Position numbers and translations under genes: made by a program
Shown here: piece by piece, positions 36,272-45,137 of the stretch
Layout: each line of letters starts with the position of its first letter
Position numbering within the stretch: position 1 is the stretch's first letter
The notes under the pieces: generated by a model
Databases searched by the model: none
The model's input: only the letters and a program-made list of their open reading frames with translations
Told to the model about the DNA's origin: nothing
Assembly: GCA_043803945.1 (NCBI GenBank)
Contig: JAZDJN010000091.1
Coordinates: 13,671-77,670 of the forward strand
DNA from: a bacterium
Lineage (GTDB): Bacteria; Bacteroidota; Ignavibacteria; UBA10030
Reading direction: 5' to 3'
Length of the DNA stretch: 64,000 nucleotides

Positions 36272-37219
36272 TTATCCTTTTCGGATTTTCAATCCCGATA
36301 CATATTGATAAAGCAAATTCCAATCGGTTGAAGAAAGTTGGAGCACTTCTCCATTAAATCCAAGTTGTACAGGATCTGCGGAGATAATTTTGATAAACCG
36401 ATTGACCGTTGCCAATTCCTGTTCACTATGGACCAACATGGTGAAGATTCTCTTCTTATCCCGTGCAACTCGTCGAAAGAGCTCTGACCTTTTTTCCTGC
36501 AGGAGGCCATCTGAAGCAGAAGACAATCGATCAATTACTTTACCATTATCTGAAAACTCCTGCTCAATAATTTGTGCGGCTTTTTTGACCGGGATCTGTC
36601 CCGGGATATTACTTCCTTTTGAAAGCTGATAGGTTGTCTCAAGCGCTTGAATTTCTTGAGGAGAATCCTGAGGATGGCCATTCACAAAATTTCGGACATA
36701 ATGAATCAATGCAAACCGGTCGTCCGGAGGAAGATAGTTGTACGATGCCATGCCATTCTTGACGATTCCCTCTTGCAGCGTTTTATAAATTTGCGATAGT
36801 TTGGATCCGTTTGTCCAACCTGTCAGTGTATGAAAATTCCTGGGTCTCGGATTGAGCACGATACCAGCCGGCCCGTCTCCCATACCATTATCACCGTGGC
36901 ACGATGCACAAGTAGTTTTGTAAAGATCCTTTCCTTTCGCAACCATCTGCGCTGATGAAACGCTTGCTTTCATCACATCGACAGGCGGCGATACTCGCGG
37001 ACTCTGAAATGCGATATCCTGAACGAAGGCGGAAGAGTCTTTCAAAACAACCGGCAGAATTTTGTTCTTCCCTATCTGTGTGAGATTTTGGACATAGAGA
37101 ATACCTAATCCCAGCAGAACGAGGAGAACATAGAAATAGGAATAGCCGAATAACTTTACCGGCTTTCTCACCAGGTCGCGAAAATCGATTTCTGCTTTAT
37201 ATTCAGGTTTCTGATCCAT
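36272..37219 (-). CDS. Membrane-anchored monoheme class-I cytochrome c
   Basis: 315-aa ORF with one N-terminal TM helix. Heme site TCASCHGDNGMGDG and distal NGMASY. Lies between actF and SCO1. Confidence 0.8.
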   Translation of the reverse strand: MDQKPEYKAEIDFRDLVRKPVKLFGYSYFYVLLVLLGLGILYVQNLTQIGKNKILPVVLKDSSAFVQDIAFQSPRVSPPVDVMKASVSSAQMVAKGKDLYKTTCASCHGDNGMGDGPAGIVLNPRPRNFHTLTGWTNGSKLSQIYKTLQEGIVKNGMASYNYLPPDDRFALIHYVRNFVNGHPQDSPQEIQALETTYQLSKGSNIPGQIPVKKAAQIIEQEFSDNGKVIDRLSSASDGLLQEKRSELFRRVARDKKRIFTMLVHSEQELATVNRFIKIISADPVQLGFNGEVLQLSSTDWNLLYQYVSGLKIRKG

Positions 37220-37234
37220 AGTTCCTTTTTACCA

Positions 37235-38416
37235 TTACAGCCGAAAATCCAGGCCCCGTTGAAGCTTCGGATCACCGACAGGGACCAGATTATTTCTCTT
37301 GAGCTTGATTGAGAAGACAACCAGAATAAGGCCGATAAGGAGCACGGGGAATCCAAGTTCTATCCAACTAAAGACCGGGCTCGCGGAATAGGTCGGCATC
37401 ACCAACCAGTAGAGATCGAAGAGATGAGCAAACAGTATCCAGAGTGCCATTATCCTTAATCGTTTCAGATCCATTTTGGAATTTTGTGTCAACAGCATAA
37501 CATAAGGAACTGCAAATTGGACGATAATCAATCCTACTGAGACATACTCCCAGCCGTTCTTCCATCGATTGATAAACCAGAATGTTTCCTCAGGCAGGTT
37601 GGCATACCAGATTAGCAGAAACTGGCTGAAGGCAATGTATGCCCAGAAATTCACAAAAGCGAACATCAATGCACCAAGACTGTAAAAGTGATCGCGTTTC
37701 AGTTTGGGGAAAAAACCATGCTCAGACAATTGAACTATGGCAAATGTTGCGATGGCGACTGCGGCCAGAACTGTACCGGAAAAATAATAGATGCCATAGA
37801 TTGTGGAGTACCAGTGAGGTTCGAGGCTCATGGCCCAATCGATGGCCGTAACAGTCAATGTAATGGCAAAGACCGGAAGAAACACTGCCGCAAGTCTGAC
37901 GTTCTTCGTTGTGAGTTGCTGGTCGCCGGTAGTATCCTGCTTTCTGGAGTTGCGGGTAAAAGCAATATAGAACAACGACCACAAGACAAACACAGCAATG
38001 AAGCGGATAAGAAAGAACTGAAAATTCAGATAAGGCGCTTTTGCCTGCAGTAATACATCGGCAGAGACAGCATCTTCATGGGTCCAATGGTACAGCTCGT
38101 GCATATTGAATAAGAGTGGAATGGCAAGGAACGGTACAACAAACGTCAGTGCACCGAGGAATTCGTTCACGCGCCGCATCGGAACGCTCCAGACTGCACC
38201 GGCAATGTACTCAAGTGCAACAAGGAAGATCGCGCCACCGGCGATACTGGCGAGGAAGAGAAATGAAATGATAGTATTAAACGCACTTCGCTTCGCATCG
38301 ATAGCATAACCGCCAATCCAGATTAGAAGCCCAAATGCCAGGAGCACCCATCCTATGCGAGTGACGCTGGCAGGCAGCTCTTTTTTCAATTCATCAAAAG
38401 AGGTGTGGCTGCTCAT
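37235..38416 (-). CDS. actF: Alternative complex III subunit ActF (NrfD/PsrC-like polytopic membrane subunit)
   Basis: About 10 TM helices. Its position as the last Act membrane subunit supports the call. The start ATG at 38416 overlaps the actDE stop (ATGA). Confidence 0.78.
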   Translation of the reverse strand: MSSHTSFDELKKELPASVTRIGWVLLAFGLLIWIGGYAIDAKRSAFNTIISFLFLASIAGGAIFLVALEYIAGAVWSVPMRRVNEFLGALTFVVPFLAIPLLFNMHELYHWTHEDAVSADVLLQAKAPYLNFQFFLIRFIAVFVLWSLFYIAFTRNSRKQDTTGDQQLTTKNVRLAAVFLPVFAITLTVTAIDWAMSLEPHWYSTIYGIYYFSGTVLAAVAIATFAIVQLSEHGFFPKLKRDHFYSLGALMFAFVNFWAYIAFSQFLLIWYANLPEETFWFINRWKNGWEYVSVGLIIVQFAVPYVMLLTQNSKMDLKRLRIMALWILFAHLFDLYWLVMPTYSASPVFSWIELGFPVLLIGLILVVFSIKLKRNNLVPVGDPKLQRGLDFRL

Positions 38417-39552
38417 TGAAAATCGGACTCCTTTGCATTGTGTGCACGCTGTAATACCCTGATGTAGTGAACTATCGCCCACCGGTCATCCCGCGAAATT
38501 TGTGATGCATAGGAAGGCATTATGTTCTGGCCTTCTGTGATCACGTGATAGACATTTCCATCCGGCCAGTTTCGAACTTTGTCGGAATGAAGGGTTGGAG
38601 GATTTGGAAATTGCCCCGCCAACCGGCTGTCGCCCGTACCAAAATTGCCATGACATGGACTGCAATAGGTGAGGAACCTCTCTTTACCGCGCATCAGAAC
38701 CTGTTTTGTAGGACCCAGCGGATTGATCAGTAACTTTCCGGCATCGTCGGGTTTTCCCTTGAAGGCGTAAGGAATGAAACTACGGGCGACAGTACCATCT
38801 ACCGGCGGACGCATGCCAATGCCATCCTTGAATAGTTCACTCGATCGCTGAGCTTTTTGTTTTTCCTGAGTCATCATCCATGAGAACGGTTCCATATACA
38901 CCAGCTTGTTCAATGTAAAATATCCGGCTGCGCTGACAACCAGTGCGGTAACTGCAAGAACTCCCAAAAACCTTAGATCGAAGATCCGCTGACCATGGTT
39001 CATCTCCTCGAGATCGAAATAGACGGGAGTGATTTCTTTGGAACCCAATGATTTGAAGAGAGCATCAATTTCCTTTTGATTGAATTTCGGATCCTCGGCT
39101 TCGATATAGATCCCAAATCGATTGGCAGAAACCCGCTTCATATAGGGAGTATCATGAAGCGGATGGGTATTGTTCGGAAATTTAAAGTAAAGCACAATCA
39201 TTGTGACAGTCGATAGAACAGAGGCAAGGAGAACCGTCAGCTCGAATGAGATTGGGACAAACGCGGGCCATGACCAGAATGGCTTGCCGCCAATGACGAG
39301 CGGATAATCCTGCAGCGTCACCCAACTGATAAACGAAATGGCTGTCAGTGCACCCATAGCACCGAATACCAATGCAAAATATCCGAGCTTCGACGGTTTG
39401 CTTTTCATCGCCAGATCCATCCCATGGAGAGGATAGGGCGTGTTGACATCGAAGCGCGAATAACCGGCACTGCTCACCGCCTCAGCCGCATGAGTGATCT
39501 CATCGGGAGTATCGAACAATGCCGTTATTGCATAGAGTGGATTTTCGTTCAT
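38413..39552 (-). CDS. Fused ActD-ActE (DUF3341-type membrane subunit + monoheme cytochrome c) of alternative complex III
   Basis: 379-aa ORF. The N-terminus MNENPLYAITALFDTPDEITHAAEAVSSAGYSRFDVNTPYPLHGMD plus 2 TM helices is ActD-like. The C-terminus, with CSPCHGNFGTGDS and IMPSY, is ActE-like. Confidence 0.78.
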   Translation of the reverse strand: MNENPLYAITALFDTPDEITHAAEAVSSAGYSRFDVNTPYPLHGMDLAMKSKPSKLGYFALVFGAMGALTAISFISWVTLQDYPLVIGGKPFWSWPAFVPISFELTVLLASVLSTVTMIVLYFKFPNNTHPLHDTPYMKRVSANRFGIYIEAEDPKFNQKEIDALFKSLGSKEITPVYFDLEEMNHGQRIFDLRFLGVLAVTALVVSAAGYFTLNKLVYMEPFSWMMTQEKQKAQRSSELFKDGIGMRPPVDGTVARSFIPYAFKGKPDDAGKLLINPLGPTKQVLMRGKERFLTYCSPCHGNFGTGDSRLAGQFPNPPTLHSDKVRNWPDGNVYHVITEGQNIMPSYASQISRDDRWAIVHYIRVLQRAHNAKESDFQ

Positions 39553-39567
39553 ACAATCTGCACTCGA

Positions 39568-40938
39568 CTAATGTTTGCCTGGTTGCGCATTCGGTATCAC
39601 TGCTTTCATTTCGGCAATCGAGACTGCCGGCAGGAAGCGGACAAAGAGCAACACGAGCGTGAAGAATAAACCAAATCCCAGCAGGAGAATTCCAAAGTCA
39701 AAAATTGTCGGTGTAAAATGCCCCCAGCTTGAAGGAAGAAAATCACGGGAGAGCGTTGTCACAATAATCACATACCGCTCGAACCACATCCCGACATTCA
39801 CAAGTATGCCGATGATGAACATTAGCGGAATATTGGTACGGATTTTTTTGAACCAGAACAACTGAGGAAAGATTACATTACAGGAGACCATCGTCCAGTA
39901 TGCCCATGCATAAGGGCCAAGGGCCCTGTTTAAAAAGACAAATCGTTCAAATTGACTGCCGCTGTACCAGGCAATGAAAAATTCCATCGCATACGCATAG
40001 CCGACCATGCTCCCTGTCAGGAGAATTACTTTGTTCATGTTCTCAAGGTGACGGAGTGTAATGATCGGCTCCAGCTTGAAATACTTTCTTACAAAGATGA
40101 GAACGTTCTGGACCATCGCAAATCCGGAAAAGACTGCACCTGCAACAAAGTATGGCGGGAAGATTGTGGCATGCCATCCGGGATTCACAGAGACTGCAAA
40201 ATCGAAACTGACGATGGTATGAACAGAAAGAACGAGTGGTGTTGCGAACCCGGCAAGGATGAGATACATCTTCTCGTAATGGCTCCAGTGACGATTTGAA
40301 AATCGCCAGCCGAGGCTCAGTACAGAATAAGCCAGTTTTTTATATTTACTCGTCGTTCGATCGCGCAGCGTCGCAAAATCCGGGATCAAGCCAAGATACC
40401 AGAATACGAGCGACACCGTGAAGTAGGTTGAGACTGCGAAGACATCCCACACAAGGGGTGACATGAAATTCACCCAGAGGGAATGTTGATTCGGATAGGG
40501 CATTAGGTACCCTGCCAGCCATGGGCGGCCCAGATGGGCAACCGTAACAAACATTCCGGCGCATATAACTGCAAAAATAGTCATTGCTTCCGCAAACCGC
40601 GCTATCGCATTTCGCCACCGCTGGCGCATCAAAAAAAGAATCGCTGAGATTAATGTGCCGGCATGACCAATGCCAACCCAGAAGACGAAATTTGTCACAT
40701 CGAATGCCCATGCTACTGGTTGGTTGAATCCAAGAAGTCCTATGCCCTGGAAGAGCAGGAGCGTCACAGTTCCAAGCCCGACAGCGAGGAGTGTCAGGGC
40801 TACACCAAATGCGATCCACCACCGTCTGGAGGGGAAGCGGTCGAGAGGAGCAGAAATAGCTGCGTCGAGATGTGCAGCCTCAACTGTTCCAACAGTAATC
40901 TCAGGCTCATGACGATAATCGACTGCCGTCAGGCTCAA
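39568..40938 (-). CDS. actC: Alternative complex III subunit ActC (NrfD/PsrC-like quinol-interacting membrane subunit)
   Basis: 456-aa polytopic ORF directly downstream of, and overlapping, actB. Confidence 0.85.
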   Translation of the reverse strand: MSLTAVDYRHEPEITVGTVEAAHLDAAISAPLDRFPSRRWWIAFGVALTLLAVGLGTVTLLLFQGIGLLGFNQPVAWAFDVTNFVFWVGIGHAGTLISAILFLMRQRWRNAIARFAEAMTIFAVICAGMFVTVAHLGRPWLAGYLMPYPNQHSLWVNFMSPLVWDVFAVSTYFTVSLVFWYLGLIPDFATLRDRTTSKYKKLAYSVLSLGWRFSNRHWSHYEKMYLILAGFATPLVLSVHTIVSFDFAVSVNPGWHATIFPPYFVAGAVFSGFAMVQNVLIFVRKYFKLEPIITLRHLENMNKVILLTGSMVGYAYAMEFFIAWYSGSQFERFVFLNRALGPYAWAYWTMVSCNVIFPQLFWFKKIRTNIPLMFIIGILVNVGMWFERYVIIVTTLSRDFLPSSWGHFTPTIFDFGILLLGFGLFFTLVLLFVRFLPAVSIAEMKAVIPNAQPGKH

Positions 40939-43900
40939 GCGACATTCTCCGATTCAATGTTTCGTAATTTTGCAAGATAGGTAACGTTCGGCCTGGCATT
41001 CGTTTCTTCAAGAATATGATATCCCAGCTTATGCTTTCGATAATGCGACACCTCAGATTGAGGATCGTTCATATCGCCAAAGACAATCGCTGTAGCCGGA
41101 CATGCATCCTGGCAGGCGGTTCTAACCTCGCTCCCCTTCAGTTCACGCCCCTGCTCGGCAGCATGTTGACGAGTCTCCATGATTCGCTGTACACAGAATG
41201 TACATTTCTCCATCACTCCCCGCGACCGCACTGTCACTTCCGGATTATGCATTAGATTTATCGGCTGCTGCTCATAATATCCCTCTGCCAGATGATCACG
41301 CCAGTTAAAGAAATTATAGCGGCGGACTTTGAAGGGACAGTTGTTTGAACAGTATTTCGTTCCCACGCAGCGGTTGTAGACCATTTGGTTCAAACCATCG
41401 GGGCTATGATTCGTCGCAACAACCGGGCAGACATTTTCGCATGGAGCGTTATCACAGTGCTGGCACAACATCGGCTGTTGGCTCAGCGATGGTTGATCGG
41501 CAGAGCCGGCATAATACCGGTCAATCCGAATCCAATGCATCTCACGCCCATTCTTAACCTGCTCCTTGCCAACCACTGGAATATTGTTTTCAACATTACA
41601 GCCCGCCACACAAGCATTGCAGCCGATGCATTTATTCAGGTCTATCGCCATCGCCCATTTCAGACCATGGTATTCCACTTCCTTAGTGATGCTCGGGAGC
41701 TCTTTCTTGCGGTGATGGAGAAAGTTCTGATCTTTCTCAAATTGTTTTATCGTTCCTTCGCGGATGATTTCGCGCTTCAGATGCAGTTCTTTGACAAATT
41801 CATCATCCAGCGAGTGATGCTCCTGAGTTGAAACGAGCTCGTGTTGGCCTGTCCTCTTATTCACCCGGGCCCCGGAAAAATATCTTGCTCCTGTGAGCGA
41901 TTCAGCCGAAAGCAGCGCTTGTGCATCAAAACCCACTTCGGTTCCTATTGGCCCGGCATTGGTCCTGCCATAGCCCAATTCGATAGTGATCGTCTGATCA
42001 GCCTGGCCGGGCTGGATGAATACCGGAAGCGAAAGCGATCCATGTGGCAGTGTAATCTCGATGAGATCATTAATTTCGACACCCAATTCTTTTGCCGTGC
42101 CGGAAGAAATGGCTGCATAATTATCCCAGACAATCTTCGAGACGGGATGGGGAAGTTCCTGCAGCCAGCCATTGTTGGCATAGCGTCCATCGCCAATGTA
42201 ATAGTTTTCTACAAGAGCGACGGTATAGCCGCTCGCCGAATTCAGAGTGAGCGCATTGAATGCCTCCATCTTGAATTTCAGAGAAGGCTGCTGAAGATCT
42301 TCTGCCTTGAAGGCACCATCATGAAGCGATGCAAACCAGAACGCTTGAAAATCCACTGGTCTGTTGAACGCGGGATAAAGTTTTTTCTCCCAATGAGATT
42401 TCAGATATTCATGATACAGTGCCTCTTTATAACTATCCTTTCCACTCATCCACGTGAGCAGGACCGTTTCTTTCTGTCGTGTTTCATAAAGCGGGGCAAT
42501 GACCGGCTGCTGGAACGAATAAACGCCGCGCCTCACCTCGTAATCACCCCAGGATTCGAGCGTGTGGTTCACCGGCAATACATACGTGCAGTGTCTTGAT
42601 GTCTCATCGTCTGCCTCAACAAGGCTGATGCTGACAGGAACGGATTTCAATGCCTCTTCGTACCCTAAAGACTTTGGGAGATGATAAACTGGATTGGTGT
42701 CAACATGGATTACTATGCCAACTTCTCCTGCTTTCATTCTGCCTATCAAATCATCGAATTCTTTTGGAGACGTGAGATCGCCGAAAGAGACCGAGCGAGA
42801 TGAGGAGTAGAGTTTCCCATTGCCAAGAAGCTCGTTGAGGTAAATCACGGCGATATGCACTTCAGCAGGAAGAATGTCTCCAGCCCAAACCATCGACGAA
42901 CCAGCATGCACCAGGAGATCGTTGACCAGCCGGTCTGCCGCTTCTTTTGAGAGAGAATACTTCTCTGCGATGCGCGAGAGTGTGAGTGTTGTAGGCCATT
43001 GCTTCGAAGAAACCGGCAGCTTCCCTTTGCTTTGCCTTCCTACAATCTCGTTAATCAGGGCAATCACAAATTCAAGCTGCGCATCGGGCCGTAAGCGCAT
43101 CCGATAATCGGCATTTGCGCCTGTCAGGCTCATCCGGCTTTCGATCACATAGAGCCGGTTTAACTCCTTTGACTTCATGATATCGCGGCTATCGGTGAAT
43201 CGGCGGATTTGGTCGAGCGAATCTCCTTCTGTCCCAAGGAAGTCTGATTCCAATGCCAACACGACCTTTGCATTCTCCCACTCCACAACGGGTATTTCCG
43301 TAGTGGCATAGGACTGCACCCAGGCCTGTCGCCGTGTGGCATTATTATGAAGTGCATAGGTATAGAGACGCGTGGCAGGATATTTTTTTCTGAATTCTTC
43401 CAGCAAGTTTGCAGCGGTCGGCGATTGGAGTGGATGAGAAATAAGAGCAATCTCTTTTTTCGCTGTACTGCATTGCTCAAGCGATTTTACAATTTCGGCA
43501 TCGGCCTGCTTCCAACTCAGGTGGCCCGTCTTTCCTGATGAGGTTCCAAATTGCGGTTCTCGTAATCGCACGGGATCATAGAGATTGAGAATGCTCGCCT
43601 GCCCCTTGGCACAGATCTTACCACGATTGATAGGATGGTCAGGATTACCATCAATTTTTATTGGCCTGCCCTCCCGGGTCTTCACAAGAATTCCGCATGA
43701 TTGCGAGCAGCCATCGCATGTCGAGGCGTAATAATTTGCAGCGCCCGGAGTCACTTCTTCCGGTTTTTTATTGTACGGTACGATTTCACCGCGATCGTTA
43801 TAACTGCTGCATCCGGCCGATGTGAATGCCGCTGAAGCTGTCAGGAGAGCCAGAAACTGTTTACGGGATAACGAGGAAACCTGTGAAAGGTCGAACTCAT

Positions 43901-44000
43901 CCGTCACGCCGGCCATAAATTCATTTGCCTTTTCAGCACTGACCGATTTGCCGTCGTATAATTCGCGGAGACTCTTCCAGTATTTCGATTCATAAGACAT
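40935..44000 (-). CDS. actB: Alternative complex III subunit ActB (molybdopterin-oxidoreductase-like domain fused to 4Fe-4S ferredoxin domain; variant TAT-like signal)
   Basis: The start is taken at [16 protein letters not shown].. (ATG at 44000). It has a variant signal [21 protein letters not shown]-terminal Cys clusters are [42 protein letters not shown] and CTFC. Confidence 0.9.
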   Translation of the reverse strand: MSYESKYWKSLRELYDGKSVSAEKANEFMAGVTDEFDLSQVSSLSRKQFLALLTASAAFTSAGCSSYNDRGEIVPYNKKPEEVTPGAANYYASTCDGCSQSCGILVKTREGRPIKIDGNPDHPINRGKICAKGQASILNLYDPVRLREPQFGTSSGKTGHLSWKQADAEIVKSLEQCSTAKKEIALISHPLQSPTAANLLEEFRKKYPATRLYTYALHNNATRRQAWVQSYATTEIPVVEWENAKVVLALESDFLGTEGDSLDQIRRFTDSRDIMKSKELNRLYVIESRMSLTGANADYRMRLRPDAQLEFVIALINEIVGRQSKGKLPVSSKQWPTTLTLSRIAEKYSLSKEAADRLVNDLLVHAGSSMVWAGDILPAEVHIAVIYLNELLGNGKLYSSSRSVSFGDLTSPKEFDDLIGRMKAGEVGIVIHVDTNPVYHLPKSLGYEEALKSVPVSISLVEADDETSRHCTYVLPVNHTLESWGDYEVRRGVYSFQQPVIAPLYETRQKETVLLTWMSGKDSYKEALYHEYLKSHWEKKLYPAFNRPVDFQAFWFASLHDGAFKAEDLQQPSLKFKMEAFNALTLNSASGYTVALVENYYIGDGRYANNGWLQELPHPVSKIVWDNYAAISSGTAKELGVEINDLIEITLPHGSLSLPVFIQPGQADQTITIELGYGRTNAGPIGTEVGFDAQALLSAESLTGARYFSGARVNKRTGQHELVSTQEHHSLDDEFVKELHLKREIIREGTIKQFEKDQNFLHHRKKELPSITKEVEYHGLKWAMAIDLNKCIGCNACVAGCNVENNIPVVGKEQVKNGREMHWIRIDRYYAGSADQPSLSQQPMLCQHCDNAPCENVCPVVATNHSPDGLNQMVYNRCVGTKYCSNNCPFKVRRYNFFNWRDHLAEGYYEQQPINLMHNPEVTVRSRGVMEKCTFCVQRIMETRQHAAEQGRELKGSEVRTACQDACPATAIVFGDMNDPQSEVSHYRKHKLGYHILEETNARPNVTYLAKLRNIESENVA

Positions 44001-44208
44001 TCGACTTCGAACTTTCTTTCGTCCTTGAGATAGCCATCGGGTGCGTTGAGATGGTAATCGATTTCTCTTCTGAGGCCGTGCCGCGCCGGAACGATCCAAT
44101 GGATCGTAACAGATTCCCTCCGAACATGCCTCCGCCGAGAGCGGTAGCCAGTTGGAGGAAAAATGTCCTTCGATTCTTTATAGTCTCCACCTTTTCGATC
44201 TTCTTCAC
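43990..44208 (-). CDS. Small ORF (72 aa) between actA and actB with twin-arginine-like N-terminus; hypothetical
   Basis: A GTG start lies 9 nt after AAGGAG. The product begins MKKIEKVETIKNRRTFFLQLATALGGGMFGG. Its stop overlaps the actB start by 11 nt. No homology can be judged by eye. Confidence 0.35.
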   Translation of the reverse strand: MKKIEKVETIKNRRTFFLQLATALGGGMFGGNLLRSIGSFRRGTASEEKSITISTHPMAISRTKESSKSNVL

Positions 44209-44221
44209 CTCTCTTTACTCC

Positions 44222-44791
44222 TTACCGATGGCATGCTGCACAGTGTTCGGGTCCAACTTTAATCCCGGAGATATGGGCAAGTTGTTTTGGTGCCGTCCGA
44301 TGGCACTCCAAACAAGCTCCCATCGTAAATTTCGAGACTTGACTCACGACATCCATTGCCTCAATTGTTCCATGGCAATTGACACAATCGATGCCCTTGT
44401 TGACATGCACGCTATGATTGAAGTAGGCATAATCCGGTACTTTGTGGACTCGCTTCCACGGAAGTGCGACTCCCTCTTCAAAGTACTTCGTCAATTTAAC
44501 TATTTCCGGCCGGTTCTTACGGGCAACAGAGTGGCAATTCATACAGATAGAGACCGCGGGCACACTTGCATGGGGCGAGGAGGTGGCTGCCGTATGACAA
44601 TATTTGCAGTCAATGCGCATCGTTCCCGCGTGCAATTTATGGGAAAAGGCGATTGGCTGCACCGGGGCAAAGCCGACACCATCACGCTCAGCACGGGAAA
44701 TAAAATAGGTTGCCAGAAATGATGCGGCAGCGACAAAAAGGACGATCGGTAATCTTATGCGTAGTGTATAGTCGAGTAGAGATTTTTTCAT
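44222..44791 (-). CDS. actA: Alternative complex III subunit ActA (membrane-anchored pentaheme cytochrome c)
   Basis: 189-aa ORF with an N-terminal TM helix and five CxxCH motifs (CKYCH, CMNCH, CVNCH, CLECH, CAACH). Confidence 0.88.
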   Translation of the reverse strand: MKKSLLDYTLRIRLPIVLFVAAASFLATYFISRAERDGVGFAPVQPIAFSHKLHAGTMRIDCKYCHTAATSSPHASVPAVSICMNCHSVARKNRPEIVKLTKYFEEGVALPWKRVHKVPDYAYFNHSVHVNKGIDCVNCHGTIEAMDVVSQVSKFTMGACLECHRTAPKQLAHISGIKVGPEHCAACHR

Positions 44792-45137
44792 TCCAAGATC
44801 AGAGTGAAACGATGATATCGTTCAATTTCCCCAAAACGTGTGCCAATGTTAAGAAATCTTCTTCTTCGACGCAATCATTTATCGAAGCATTTCTTCTGCA
44901 CTTTTCAACAGAACATCAGATTTATTTGTTCCAATCAGTTCAGGGACAAAACAGAATTTATCGATCCTCAGGAAATAATCTTCCCGCTTTCACTATCATG
45001 CAATTGTTCCTCCTATTCCATTACCCAAACGTTTCCATGGTTAAAGTTCAATCATCAAACAAGCGCTGACTTTTCTTTTCTCCCAACAAATCGTATTATT
45101 ACTCAATGCTACTCTATCACAACAAGTTCCTCTCAGA

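Noticed and set aside
44001-44099. 33-codon N-terminal extension of ActB (MDRSGAARPQKRNRLPSQRTRW..)
   Set aside because: It is highly basic, has no signal-like character and overlaps the small RR-containing ORF. ActB-type proteins typically begin with the ..KYWKSLEEL..-type segment, which here starts at the ATG at 44000.
44808-44822. AACGAT-N3-ATCGTT palindrome in the divergent actA/ccoI control region; search for FNR/CRP boxes (TTGAT-N4-ATCAA)
   Set aside because: The arms are only 6 bp, there is a single occurrence, and it lies 17 nt from the actA start, where it may be 5'-UTR by chance. No convincing TTGAT-N4-ATCAA site was found by eye in 44792-45137. This is not enough to call an operator.
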